Notes: generated by a model from the sequence alone, not told the origin. Shown: positions 10,166 to 20,365, counted from the first letter of the stretch. The stretch is DNA of 64,000 nucleotides from Bdellovibrionales bacterium (GCA_050250255.1 JBFWOZ010000010.1:16718-80717); one strand, 5' to 3'. Translations and numbers: made by a program.

Positions 10166-10385
10166 TGCCAATGGCTTCAACAGGACAACCTTCCATTGCT
10201 TCACGACACTGATCTTCTGTCTCGGGATTGCTTGGCTGTTTTGTCACAAAAGCATGGCCACCAGATTGATCCATGCTGAAAAAATCAGGCGCAATCGTCA
10301 CGCAAGCATCGCAAGCGATACATGCTTGATCTACGTAGAACTTGCCTTGAGCGTTCTCGCCCCATTTTTGCCCTTTGTCTGCCAT
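10149..10385 (-). CDS. Ferredoxin
   Basis: CIACDAC ... CPVEAI single-cluster motif. Confidence 0.9.
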   Translation of the reverse strand: MADKGQKWGENAQGKFYVDQACIACDACVTIAPDFFSMDQSGGHAFVTKQPSNPETEDQCREAMEGCPVEAIGNDGQE

Positions 10386-10434
10386 GGCCTATTCTTCTCG
10401 TATTTCTCTGTTTTGGTCAAGGAACAGGTCGGAA

Positions 10435-10830
10435 TCACTGACATTTAAACTTCATCTCTGAAGTATAAGCGTCTCCTCCGGTCATAATGGCGCCTACCGT
10501 TCCTGCGGTGCCTACAGCACCACCGGCACTTCGTTCGTTGCGGCCGCCGAGTCCATACATTCCAGAGCCTACTACAACCGCTGCTTTAGAAGCCTGGCGA
10601 ACGGTTTTGCGGGTGGCCTCGTCCATATCGCCAGTGTACTTGGTGCCTTCGGTGACAAAGGCCGCTCGCTTTTCTAAGCTCTCGCAGTAGTGATGAGCCT
10701 GCGAAATTGCGGAGCGCTCCACTTGATCTTTTTCAGGGCCGCGAGTGATCACATAGTTTGTGCCATCAACACCTGGTCGTACATCTCGATGATGAGCGCA
10801 TGATGCGAGAAAAAGTAAAAAACTGATCAC
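10435..10830 (-). CDS. Hypothetical lipoprotein with Gly-zipper-like segment
   Basis: LASC lipobox; AGGAG before GTG 10830; start uncertain. Confidence 0.65.
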   Translation of the reverse strand: MISFLLFLASCAHHRDVRPGVDGTNYVITRGPEKDQVERSAISQAHHYCESLEKRAAFVTEGTKYTGDMDEATRKTVRQASKAAVVVGSGMYGLGGRNERSAGGAVGTAGTVGAIMTGGDAYTSEMKFKCQ

Positions 10831-10997
10831 GCAGCTCCTAGTCTTTAGGTGTGGACATTTCGACACGGGAAGAGAGCGGGAACCGCACAATCTTTACCTC
10901 TGTCGAGGCATGGGGTCTTGAATCGGGAGATTTGGTTTGGGCCCTTCACTTCTTAGTATAAAATCTAATGAAACACATGATTTCAGAGGAGTTGGCC

Positions 10998-12092
10998 ATG
11001 GATGGACCTCGAGCCCCGGAAGCCTCAGAGTTTGATCGTCTTTTACATTTTTTGAACCAAAATTTACGTGCTGGAGAAGGTTGGTCTATTCGTGATGAAT
11101 ATCCTACCGCTTTAGACCAAAATAATTTGGGCAACATACGAGTCATCACCGAGAATAATAAAATTCTCTCTCACGCGGTGGTGAAGCCGGTGATGATCAA
11201 GACGCCACTTGGGATGTTCAAAGTTGCGGGAATTGGAAGCGTCGTTACCGACCAGAATTTTCGTAGCCAAGGACTGAGCAAACAAATCATTGAAGATTGT
11301 GTGGCGGTTGCTCAAGCGCAAAATTGTGATTTCGCCATTCTTTGGACAAATCTTTTTGAGTTCTACCGCAAATTAGGTTTTGAACTTGCGGGAAGTGAAC
11401 AAAGTTACGTGATCAATCGAGAACTACCGGTACCTTCCACAGATTTAAAATTTGTTAAGGGAAATAAAGTGGATCCCGAAGCTCTACTGCGAGTGTATTC
11501 TCAGCATACAGTCTCGAGCGTTCGAAGTTTTGATGAAGTGAGAAAATACCTTCAGATTCCTAACTCCAATGTGTACACCGCTTGGGGAGCCGACGGCCAA
11601 CTTAAAGCCTACGCTGCTGAGGGGAAGGGCGCGGATCTTCAGGGGTATATTCATGAATGGGGCGGGCAGCTTTCAAACTTCCTTCCGCTTCTCAACCATA
11701 TTTATAAAGATCAAAAAAAGCAGATCACTTTGATTGCGCCAAGACATTCGGAAAATCTCCATCTGAAATTAAAGTCATTCGGAGTTCAGGAGATCCCGGG
11801 ATATTTAGGAATGATTAAAATTCTAAATCCCCAAGTGCTCTTTGGAAAGATCCTTCGCTCCATCCGTGCCGATCAAGGGCATGAAGATTTTGTTTTTGAA
11901 AAACGTCAGGACGGTTATTACATCGGTACGCAAAGCAAGATGTTCAAAACTGATTCTGAAGCCGATATCATTCGTTTGATTTTTGGTCCTTACAAACCCT
12001 CGGCTATTCATAGTTTTGATCCGCCACTTTTGGCACTTCTCGAAAAAACATTACCCATTCCCATGTGGATTTGGGGTTGGGATTCAGTATGA
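10998..12092 (+). CDS. GNAT family N-acetyltransferase (Eis-like)
   Basis: GIGSVVTDQNFRSQGLS motif A, FYRKLGFE; GAGGAG RBS before ATG 10998. Confidence 0.82.
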   Translation: MDGPRAPEASEFDRLLHFLNQNLRAGEGWSIRDEYPTALDQNNLGNIRVITENNKILSHAVVKPVMIKTPLGMFKVAGIGSVVTDQNFRSQGLSKQIIEDCVAVAQAQNCDFAILWTNLFEFYRKLGFELAGSEQSYVINRELPVPSTDLKFVKGNKVDPEALLRVYSQHTVSSVRSFDEVRKYLQIPNSNVYTAWGADGQLKAYAAEGKGADLQGYIHEWGGQLSNFLPLLNHIYKDQKKQITLIAPRHSENLHLKLKSFGVQEIPGYLGMIKILNPQVLFGKILRSIRADQGHEDFVFEKRQDGYYIGTQSKMFKTDSEADIIRLIFGPYKPSAIHSFDPPLLALLEKTLPIPMWIWGWDSV

Positions 12093-12775
12093 CAAAATGG
12101 GGTTTTGTTGCACTCTTGGCGCTCGTTGGATGTATTGAGAAAGAAAAAATGGAAGTGCCACCCGCAGTGGCGTGCGAAAGTGTTGAGAGCACATTAAATA
12201 CGGCGATCGGTGGATCAGAAAACCGTTTAGCAGAAGAGGATTGGGTGCATTTTGAAGATTCCATCGCTCCGACGTCTCAACCAGCCACAATTCTTGCCGA
12301 TCAGCTGAATAAAATTATTAAGCTCATTCAAGTCGGAACCACTACCCCACCAGTTTATGAAATACGCTCTTTAGAAACAACCATCAGCTATAAAAACGGT
12401 CAGCAGCAAAAAGAAACTCGTGAAGTCGTCGAACAAGGCCCTACTACCTTTGCACTTTGTCCTTCTTCCTCAGCTGTGAGTTATCATGGTTTAGGTGCGG
12501 GACAAACGAAGGTGAGCGCTCTTCAATACAAAGACAGCTGCGGCTCGTTTGTAGATTGTAAAATCACGGTCACCCATATGAACTTTGATCAGTTGATTAC
12601 CTTTCCTGATGGAACTCAAGAGGCGGCGAAATATCATCTAGTTTTAAGCGCTGAAGTTCCCTATGCGGGTCGTTTTCTGGAAACTTGTGTGACTCAAGGA
12701 TACGAGGTGAACGGACAAAAAATTCCGGCCACTCGCTGCAAACGCGTGAGAAACTTTGGTTTTAAAACCGAATAA
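12089..12775 (+). CDS. Hypothetical lipoprotein
   Basis: LVGC lipobox; ATGA overlap with upstream stop. Confidence 0.7.
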   Translation: MTKWGFVALLALVGCIEKEKMEVPPAVACESVESTLNTAIGGSENRLAEEDWVHFEDSIAPTSQPATILADQLNKIIKLIQVGTTTPPVYEIRSLETTISYKNGQQQKETREVVEQGPTTFALCPSSSAVSYHGLGAGQTKVSALQYKDSCGSFVDCKITVTHMNFDQLITFPDGTQEAAKYHLVLSAEVPYAGRFLETCVTQGYEVNGQKIPATRCKRVRNFGFKTE

Positions 12776-12779
12776 AAGC

Positions 12780-12962
12780 TTAGCTAGGCTCGTCGTCTTT
12801 ACGGCTACGAACTTGGGGTTTTTCGTCTCCGCCAATACCTTCTTTAAATCCACGAATGGCTTCTCCAAGAGACTTTCCGAGACCGGGAAGGCGGGTGGGG
12901 CCAAAGAAAATCAATGCAATCACTGTTAAAAGTAGTAAATGTCCAATACTCAAACCGCCCAT
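12780..12962 (-). CDS. tatA: Twin-arginine translocase TatA/E subunit
   Basis: IFFGPTRLPGLGKSLGEAIRGFK. Confidence 0.92.
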   Translation of the reverse strand: MGGLSIGHLLLLTVIALIFFGPTRLPGLGKSLGEAIRGFKEGIGGDEKPQVRSRKDDEPS

Positions 12963-13041
12963 ACATCCTCCTGGCTTTTTGTCTCTATGTGCTAAGACTA
13001 CTCTTGTGTTAAGAAAATCTCAACTCAAGATAGGAGGGACC

Positions 13042-13695
13042 ATGAAACAAATAGCGGTTGTCCTCGCAGGATGCGGGTTTAAAGACGGTTCGGAGATCAC
13101 CGAGGCGGTCAGTACATTAATTTCGCTTTCAGAATTTGGTGTGGAATATCAATGTTTTGCTCCGCATTTAGAAATCGAAGCCAAAAACAATATTACCAAT
13201 ACCGAAATGGGCCAAAAACGAAACGTTTTGATCGAAGCCGCTCGTATTTCTCGAGGGCAGATCAAAGACATTCGTGAATTAAAATCTGAAGAGTTTGATG
13301 GCCTTGTTTTTCCGGGCGGTTTTGGTGTCGCCACTCATCTTTGTAACTTTGCTCAAAAAGGGTCGAAGGCCGAAGTTCACCCTGAAGTTTCTCGAGTGAT
13401 TCAATCTTTCCACGCAGAATCAAAGCCTATTTGCGCGATCTGTATTGCTCCAAGCTTACTGGCTCTTACATTAGGAAAAGAAGGGGTGACTCTCACTCTG
13501 GGAGATGATCCCGAAACGATTCAAGAGATTATAAAAACCGGTGCGCAACACGAAGAGTGTCCTGTTGAAGACTTCGTGACCGACCGCCAACACAAAATTG
13601 TGACGACGCCAGCATATATGTACGGGAAAGCGAAGCCGTATCAGGTTTTTAAAGGAATTCGCGCGGCCTTACAAGAATTTGTGGAAATGGCCTAG
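13042..13695 (+). CDS. elbB: Glyoxalase ElbB (DJ-1/PfpI family)
   Basis: GCGFKDGSEITEAV, EAARISRG, PGGFG, ICIAP, TTPAYM. Confidence 0.92.
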   Translation: MKQIAVVLAGCGFKDGSEITEAVSTLISLSEFGVEYQCFAPHLEIEAKNNITNTEMGQKRNVLIEAARISRGQIKDIRELKSEEFDGLVFPGGFGVATHLCNFAQKGSKAEVHPEVSRVIQSFHAESKPICAICIAPSLLALTLGKEGVTLTLGDDPETIQEIIKTGAQHEECPVEDFVTDRQHKIVTTPAYMYGKAKPYQVFKGIRAALQEFVEMA

Positions 13696-13821
13696 GCCGC
13701 CCGCAAAAGTATCATCTGCTTCGTTGCAAACACCAAAAGTCTCACTCCAACGTGCAGGAGCACGTTTCCGTTCGATTTTGGCTTGAACGCCTCGCATCTG
13801 ATACTTTTTCGGACGGCCTAG
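13692..13821. repeat. 130-bp MITE/REP-like element with 23-bp imperfect terminal inverted repeats
   Basis: CTAGGCCGCCCGCAAAAGTATCA (13692-13714) vs TGATACTTTTTCGGACGGCCTAG (13799-13821), 21/23 complementary; inner hairpin AACGTGC-agga-GCACGTT. Confidence 0.7.
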
Positions 13822-14528
13822 CGTTTAAATTTCTTGAGTGCTTTTTGATGTTCCATTTTCATCCAGAGAGAGGAAAAAATCTTCTCTTCTTTTTCCCCCG
13901 ACCATAATTTCAACGCAGAAAAGTTTTTTTGTGGAAGCTGGGAATGCCTTAAAAGAATTTCTTGAGCTCTGGGTATAAGTTTATTTTGCGGAAGAATTTC
14001 GTCCACCCAACCGAGACTTTGGGCTTCGTAGGCAGAGACGGTGCGTGAGAGGAGAAGCTGGCGCTTTAAGTTCGTGAGCGAAGTGCGGTTAAGAAGTCTG
14101 CGACCGCCACCCCAACCAAAACTTAAACCCAATTGCCTTTGCCAGAGGCCAAAAAAGGAATGAGGGGCCGAGAGTACAATGTCAAAACAAGAGAGAAGTT
14201 CCATGCCTCCGCCAAAACAATCCCCATTGGCAAGGGCGATCGTTAATCCTTGATGTTGCTCGAGAGTTTTCAGAGCACTTCGTACTGCTAATTGAGTTTT
14301 GAAACTCGCCATTTTAGATTTGGCTTGGATTTGTTCTGCTAAATTTCCGCCCGTACAAAAAAAGCGTGAGCCGGTCGACTGAAAAATAATGGAAGAGTGT
14401 GTGTGCTTTTTTAAAAGAGACGTAAGGACTTTTGCCTCTGCTTGGCCAAGACTATGCCCTAATTCGGAATGATCCAATGTGACAATCAATGTTTGGTCTA
14501 TCTCTTCGAAGCGAATCATTTCTCTCAT
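13818..14528 (-). CDS. Enoyl-CoA hydratase/isomerase family protein
   Basis: FFCTGGNL, NGDCFGGGMEL, SAYEAQSLGWVD; start uncertain. Confidence 0.82.
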   Translation of the reverse strand: MREMIRFEEIDQTLIVTLDHSELGHSLGQAEAKVLTSLLKKHTHSSIIFQSTGSRFFCTGGNLAEQIQAKSKMASFKTQLAVRSALKTLEQHQGLTIALANGDCFGGGMELLSCFDIVLSAPHSFFGLWQRQLGLSFGWGGGRRLLNRTSLTNLKRQLLLSRTVSAYEAQSLGWVDEILPQNKLIPRAQEILLRHSQLPQKNFSALKLWSGEKEEKIFSSLWMKMEHQKALKKFKR

Positions 14529-14567
14529 TATGCTTGAATCTCTTTTTCTGTCCAGTAGTCTGGGAAT

Positions 14568-15485
14568 ATGGGATTGGGACACAGCCACCATCATCACCAC
14601 GACTACCAAGAAGATCGTGCACAATTTCAACGATCTTTGCTTTGGGTTTTAGGTTTAACTCTCACTTTTATGTTTGTGGAAGTAGGATTTGGCTTTTTCA
14701 CAAACAGTCTGGCCTTACTCGCCGACGGCGTTCATATGCTGACGGATGTGGCAAGCCTCGCCCTTACCTTCGTGGCTTTTATCTGGAGCCAAAGACCTGC
14801 AACGAAGATGAAAACCTTTGGTTTTTATCGCGTAGAAATTCTTGCAGCTTTTGTAAACGGTCTTTTTCTTATGCTGCTCTCCGCGGGAATTATTTGGAGC
14901 GCCTGGAGTCGCCTTTCAGAACCTCTTGAAATCAAATCCACGGAAATGTTGATCGTGGCGTGCATTGGGTTATTAGTAAATTTAATTGCAGGCTTTATTC
15001 TTTTTAAGCAGAGCCATAAAAATTTGAATCTTCAGGGAGCTTTTTTACACGTGATGGGAGATACGCTCGCCTCCGTAGGAACTATTGTAGCTTCGTGTTT
15101 GATAATATGGAAGGGTTGGACGCTCGCTGATCCAGTAGTGAGTCTTGTGATTTCTGTCATCATTATCATTTCGTCCTACCGACTTGTGGCAGACGCAGTT
15201 CACATTATTCTCCAGGGTGTACCTGCAAATATAGATCCCCTACTTATTGATCAGGAGTTACGACAACTAAAAGGTGTTACGGACTTGCATCATCTGCATG
15301 TTTGGAGCTTAAGCTCCAATATGAATGTTTTAACGGTGCATTTAGTAGTAAGTGGTGGTTGCCAAGAGCACACGGCCTTTCTTTCGGAGGCCAGTGAGTT
15401 AGTACGTAAAAAGTTTGGAATTTCTCACACCACAATCCAAATCGAAACCACATCACTCGAGTCAAAAGAGCTCCACTTCCCTTAA
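14568..15485 (+). CDS. Cation diffusion facilitator (CzcD/ZitB-like)
   Basis: His-rich N-terminus, SLALLADGVHMLTD, TFGFYRVE, LHVMGD, LHVWSL, HTTIQIE. Confidence 0.92.
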   Translation: MGLGHSHHHHHDYQEDRAQFQRSLLWVLGLTLTFMFVEVGFGFFTNSLALLADGVHMLTDVASLALTFVAFIWSQRPATKMKTFGFYRVEILAAFVNGLFLMLLSAGIIWSAWSRLSEPLEIKSTEMLIVACIGLLVNLIAGFILFKQSHKNLNLQGAFLHVMGDTLASVGTIVASCLIIWKGWTLADPVVSLVISVIIIISSYRLVADAVHIILQGVPANIDPLLIDQELRQLKGVTDLHHLHVWSLSSNMNVLTVHLVVSGGCQEHTAFLSEASELVRKKFGISHTTIQIETTSLESKELHFP

Positions 15486-15486
15486 T

Positions 15487-15551
15487 AATACCGGTTTTCT
15501 GGAATACCGGAATACCGGCACACGGAATCCCCGTATAATTCCAGGATACCG
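15487..15551. repeat. Degenerate 8-bp tandem array (AATACCGG)
   Basis: AATACCGG TTTTCTGG AATACCGG AATACCGG CACACGG AATCCCCG ... GGATACCG. Confidence 0.65.
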
Positions 15552-15692
15552 TGAAGACACCAACCTTTTAATTAACCGAATTGCTTCGTTGTTCGCTCTT
15601 AGTCTGGAGGGCGGGAGGGGACCCACTCTCAGAGTTCTAGGATTGAACTCGAAATCGTTCGGTCGATTTCAGATATATGCAGAGGGGGATTC

Positions 15693-17561
15693 ATGCAATT
15701 AAAGAAACCCGTTAGTTTTTTGGTGTTTCTGATTATTTCGCTCATAGTTGTGAACTTGTGGTTGTTTCAAAGTTGGTATTCAGAGTCCACATTGGAAAAA
15801 TCTCAAAAAGCTGAAGAGTCTGTCTCCTTTGCGCCATTTCCAACAGAAAACGGAGCTCGTGACCTACAAAACGAGGAGGCAGTTCCCGAGCTCAAAGAAG
15901 AAGAAACTTCGAGTGGTTCCTTCTCGCCGGGCGCACCAGTGGTCAGAAAACCCGCTTTGCGAACGAAGGTCGCCCGTAAAGCTTCCAAAGAACATTTGAA
16001 AAGAGGATTTCGCTATCTGGAAGAGTCGCTTCCACGTACAGAAGAGGCCAACACCATCATTCAAACATTGATTATGAGCGAGATTCAGTCACATGCCGCG
16101 GTGGTGATCGCAAAAGAAAACTTAAAATTTCAATCTCAGCAGGTGATGGCATCTCGTCATCTGGTTGAACAAACTTATTTTACGTATCAGCAATATGCTA
16201 ACGACCTTCCGGTAGAGCATGGAAGCGCGCGGGGCATAGCCATGAACCTTCCGAGTGGGCCTGTGCTGACTTATGTGGATTATAATATTGCGGAAATTCC
16301 GGAGCGCACGGTTCAACAATCTTTATCGGAAGAACAAGCTTTGACGGCTGCTCGAAGTGCTTTTGCGAATTCTAAAAATCTTTCTATCCACAAACAAAAT
16401 CGTTTATACCGGGTGATTGATGGGCAGTGGGAGCCTGTTTACGATTTTGAATTTGTCGGTGAGCCAACCGCGATCAGTGTGCACATCGAAACGGGCAAAG
16501 TTTATCGGGAAAATCGAGCGCACGCGGCGAAAACCATTTCCGGGCAAGTGGGCGGCCGCGGAGTACAGTTTGATCCCGTGAAGGGGCGTAATCTTCTTTT
16601 GCCACTTCCTTATTTAACGATCAAAGGTTCTGCAGGTGCTGTCGCTGAGACGAATGCTAAGGGGGCTTATCAAATCAATGTTGGTGCAGATCGGAACCTT
16701 ATTGCGACACTCACGGGTCGTTACGCGAAAGTAATTTCAGAGAGTGGCGGAAATGTTATTGCGAGCGCAAACATTGGGTCGGGTAAAGCAATCAATCTTG
16801 GTTTAAATTTAACTCCACGAGTGAGTACCACCGCACAAGTAAATGCCTACTATCACACGAATGTGGTTCGTGAATATTTGAAGCTTAATGGAGTGAACCA
16901 CGTAGGGCTGGATCGATCAGTGCCAATCACGGTGAATGGTTCTTTGTTTCCGGGCGGGCAACGGGGCACATGTAACGCTTATTTTTACACGGGCGCACTC
17001 TACTTTTTCAAAGAAGGTGGGGGTTGTAACAATCTCGCTTTTGATACGGTGATTTATCACGAGTATGGTCACTTGGCTGACGATACCTTTGGTGGCATTA
17101 CGGATTATGGTTTATCCGAAGGCTGGGGCGATGTACTTGCCGTTTTGATCACAGGGCAGCCTCAGATTGGTGAAAATTGGGAGCAATCTTCCTCGGCTCC
17201 GCTTAGACGTAGTGATAACGATTACGTCTACGGACAGTGGGATGAAGAACATGATCAAGGACAGGCGTGGGCAGGATTCGCATGGCACTTGCGTGCAGAG
17301 CTGATCAAAAAATATAGTACTCAAAAGGGTGTGGAGCTCGTAGAGGATCTTGTTTTACCAGGGCTTGTCTCTAACTCCACAGATATTCCATCAGCGGTTC
17401 GAGAAGTGATGGTGAGAGATGACAATGATGGAAATCTCTCAAATGGTACGCCAAATCTAGAGCAAATTAAGATTGCGGCCGCAAAGCATGGTCTGACGTC
17501 ATTCTTGACGATTACCTCAAAAGTACAACTCACTCCGCAGTTAGCAAATGTTCTACAGTAA
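15693..17561 (+). CDS. Secreted or membrane-anchored zinc metalloprotease (M4/M36-like, with propeptide)
   Basis: N-terminal TM, CNAY, HEYGH, SEGWGD third ligand, DDNDGNLSNGTPN. Confidence 0.82.
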   Translation: MQLKKPVSFLVFLIISLIVVNLWLFQSWYSESTLEKSQKAEESVSFAPFPTENGARDLQNEEAVPELKEEETSSGSFSPGAPVVRKPALRTKVARKASKEHLKRGFRYLEESLPRTEEANTIIQTLIMSEIQSHAAVVIAKENLKFQSQQVMASRHLVEQTYFTYQQYANDLPVEHGSARGIAMNLPSGPVLTYVDYNIAEIPERTVQQSLSEEQALTAARSAFANSKNLSIHKQNRLYRVIDGQWEPVYDFEFVGEPTAISVHIETGKVYRENRAHAAKTISGQVGGRGVQFDPVKGRNLLLPLPYLTIKGSAGAVAETNAKGAYQINVGADRNLIATLTGRYAKVISESGGNVIASANIGSGKAINLGLNLTPRVSTTAQVNAYYHTNVVREYLKLNGVNHVGLDRSVPITVNGSLFPGGQRGTCNAYFYTGALYFFKEGGGCNNLAFDTVIYHEYGHLADDTFGGITDYGLSEGWGDVLAVLITGQPQIGENWEQSSSAPLRRSDNDYVYGQWDEEHDQGQAWAGFAWHLRAELIKKYSTQKGVELVEDLVLPGLVSNSTDIPSAVREVMVRDDNDGNLSNGTPNLEQIKIAAAKHGLTSFLTITSKVQLTPQLANVLQ

Positions 17562-17572
17562 TGATTTTGTAA

Positions 17573-18262
17573 TTACAAAGTTTGTAGGGCTTCCGAATAA
17601 ACTTCACCGGTTTTAATGAAACGCACACCCACACCTGGGGTTTGCGTTTTATAGTTGGGATTGTGGGAGTTCCAAATGACTTTCCCGCTCATTTCGTGAG
17701 CTCGCTCCACTTGATCAAGAGGAATATGAATTTTCAAAACTTCTCCGGCTAGAAAACTTCTATCGGTTGCGATGAAGGCACCACCCATAGAGAGATTTCG
17801 AAGGGAGCATTCAAAAATTTCACCATTTCGGAAGATTTCCACTTTTGCTTTTTCTATGGTCGAGAAGCGTTTGTTATAACGGGTTAAGTAGCTTTCAAGT
17901 TTTTGAGTGCGTTCAATGATGCCTTGAAGTTCTTTTGTGCTAATGGGTTTTTCTACGACGAGAGTTTTTTTAGAATGGGGGATAGGAAAACGTCCATCGG
18001 CATGAATCAGATCTGCGATGTAAAGAACGGGAGACTGACAGCCAATCGCGCGAAGTTGATCCACCATTTCCATTTTCTTGCGTGTGAAAATTTTTGTATT
18101 GATCAAAACGGCACCATATTTGGGTGAATGAAGAAGCGCATGGAGGGCCTGCTGAGGAGTGCGAACCCAATCAACATTCTGTTTTAGATGGCGAATCATG
18201 ATGTCTTTTAGTTGAAAGCTTTCTTGATTAAATTGGCTCATAAGTAGAATGCGGTTATTCAT
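17573..18262 (-). CDS. Degenerate receiver domain + PilZ domain protein
   Basis: RYNKRF (RxxxR) and NLSMGG (D/NxSxxG); receiver-like N-terminus with KP motif but Asn at the phosphoacceptor position. Confidence 0.8.
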   Translation of the reverse strand: MNNRILLMSQFNQESFQLKDIMIRHLKQNVDWVRTPQQALHALLHSPKYGAVLINTKIFTRKKMEMVDQLRAIGCQSPVLYIADLIHADGRFPIPHSKKTLVVEKPISTKELQGIIERTQKLESYLTRYNKRFSTIEKAKVEIFRNGEIFECSLRNLSMGGAFIATDRSFLAGEVLKIHIPLDQVERAHEMSGKVIWNSHNPNYKTQTPGVGVRFIKTGEVYSEALQTL

Positions 18263-18479
18263 AGGGCCTCCAACTCTTTACTTATGGAATTATCATGCCA
18301 CGAGACAATTTAATAAGTATTTGAAATTACTAGTCTTTATATGATACGCAAGGGCATGTTTGTACAAAAATTGAACAGATGTTGCGCCTTTAAAAGCTCT
18401 GAATTAGCGTAGTTCTCGCGTCTCAAAACGAGACATTGGACTTTTGAGAATTGGGATATACTGAAGGGAGAATATCAAA

Positions 18480-19436
18480 GTGGAGACTATTAGGATGATA
18501 AGATCTCTTTTTTCTTCTTTCGTTTTTTTCGCAATTTTCTTTTCTTCTTTTATGGCGGTGTCGTCTCCTCGCTTAGCGGTGGTACTCCTTCCAGGAACTC
18601 TCAACTCCATCCTGCCTGGTCGAATCACCGAAGATTCCGTAAAAAAAATTCTGCTGACGACTCCGTATTTTAGTTCGGCCATTATTCAATCTCTCGAAGA
18701 GGGCGGCGCACTTGTTCACGTTGTGAAAGGCTTAGCGCCGGCGGGCGACCTTGAAGAAAATGGTCGCGTCGCTTTGCTCTCCATACAAAAATGGTATCGA
18801 GAAAGCGGGAACTCGTTACCTTTAATTTTGATTGGTCATAGTGCTGGTGGACAGTATGCGCTTTGGTTGGCCGCTCAAAATCAATTACCCATTCAGAAAA
18901 TTGTTTTCGTTTCGACACCTTTTAATGGAGCAAAACTTGCTGAGCGTTTTTTTGGATTTCCTTTTACAAATATTTTGAGATGGGGACCGCCCTCTTGGTT
19001 TTCTTTTTTTGATTGGCGCGGGCTCTACCAAATGAAGCCGACGGAAGTAAAAGAGTTCTTCAAGCGAATCCGTATTCCTGGCAACATTGAGTTGCTCGCG
19101 TTTGGTGGAAGTCAGGATCTGCCACGCTCTCCCTTGCAGACCATCAGTGCCGAATATTTTTCTCCAGCGCTTGCGGTAACGGCAGGTCTCATTGGTGAAG
19201 AGAGCGATGGCATAGTGGAAATAAAATCTGCTTACTCGGATAAAGTCGAAATTCTTTCGCAACTAGATGAAAGAATAAACATTCAGTATCTTTCCGAAAT
19301 GCACATGCCGCTTGAGCATCCCGAACAAGTTTTGGATTACCGTATTTTTAAATATATGGGTGCACGAAACTCAGAGTTCGTTTACCAAAAACAGCGCGAA
19401 ACTTATTCACGCCTCATGTCTTTGATGAATCGTTAA
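18480..19436 (+). CDS. Secreted lipase-like alpha/beta hydrolase
   Basis: GHSAGG nucleophile elbow, STPFNG, SDGIV, His near C-terminus. Confidence 0.8.
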   Translation: METIRMIRSLFSSFVFFAIFFSSFMAVSSPRLAVVLLPGTLNSILPGRITEDSVKKILLTTPYFSSAIIQSLEEGGALVHVVKGLAPAGDLEENGRVALLSIQKWYRESGNSLPLILIGHSAGGQYALWLAAQNQLPIQKIVFVSTPFNGAKLAERFFGFPFTNILRWGPPSWFSFFDWRGLYQMKPTEVKEFFKRIRIPGNIELLAFGGSQDLPRSPLQTISAEYFSPALAVTAGLIGEESDGIVEIKSAYSDKVEILSQLDERINIQYLSEMHMPLEHPEQVLDYRIFKYMGARNSEFVYQKQRETYSRLMSLMNR

Positions 19437-20365
19437 CGGTTCTGCGCAAATAAACACAACATTTCAAACATTACGTCCGTTGCCGCAAGTGTAGTGATCT
19501 CGGATTGATCGTAAGGAGGAGAAACTTCTACGATGTCACAACCTACAAGCTTTGGAAGCTTGAGATGTCGAAGGATACGTTGAACTTCGTACGTGGTGAG
19601 GCCACCGACGACAGGCGTGCCGGTGCCAGGCGCGAAGGCCGGATCAAGGCTGTCGATATCGAAACTGATATAAGTTGGAAGACCGGTATCAACTTTGAAA
19701 GTGCTTAAGAATTTTTCAAGGCCTGGCTTTCGAATATCATCAATCGTCACGACTTGGGTTTTGTGTTTTTTAGGGAAATCTAAATCACCGGCGCCTGCGA
19801 GAGGGCCGCGAATCCCGATCGCCGTACTTTTTTTAGGATCGATGAGCCCCTCTTCCACCGCGTGTCTTGCAAAAGTGCCGTGATGATATTCACAGCCCCA
19901 AGCAGCGGGGTAAGTATCAAGATGGGCGTCAAAATGTATCAGGCTTAGTTTCCCGTATTTTTTGTGGAGAGCACGGAGAATAGGAAGGGTGGTGGAGTGA
20001 TCTCCACCGACAGAAATAAATTTTTTATCCTTTTTGAGGAGATCCCCAAAGAATTTTTCGATTTGCTTGTAGGTTTTTTCTTGAGAGATCGGCACCGTAG
20101 GACAATCGCCAATGTCGGCAACTTTGATTTTTTCAATGAAGTTCAGTCCACGACCCCAGTTGAAGCCACGACCCAAAGAAGAGCTTTCGCGAATTCGGGA
20201 GGGGGCAAAGCGCGCACCGGGTCGATAAGAAACGCCGCCGTCAAAGGGAACCCCAACGATTCCAACATCGTAATCGGCGTTTATTTCTACATGAGGTAAG
20301 CGAAAAAAAGTTTTGATCCCAGAAAATCTTGGGAATTGGCGTCCATCGAGCGGCCGGTATTCCAT
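19433..20365 (-). CDS. speB: Agmatinase
   Basis: GGDHS, DAHLD, HGT, DIDSLDPAFAPGTGTP. Confidence 0.9.
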   Translation of the reverse strand: MEYRPLDGRQFPRFSGIKTFFRLPHVEINADYDVGIVGVPFDGGVSYRPGARFAPSRIRESSSLGRGFNWGRGLNFIEKIKVADIGDCPTVPISQEKTYKQIEKFFGDLLKKDKKFISVGGDHSTTLPILRALHKKYGKLSLIHFDAHLDTYPAAWGCEYHHGTFARHAVEEGLIDPKKSTAIGIRGPLAGAGDLDFPKKHKTQVVTIDDIRKPGLEKFLSTFKVDTGLPTYISFDIDSLDPAFAPGTGTPVVGGLTTYEVQRILRHLKLPKLVGCDIVEVSPPYDQSEITTLAATDVMFEMLCLFAQNR

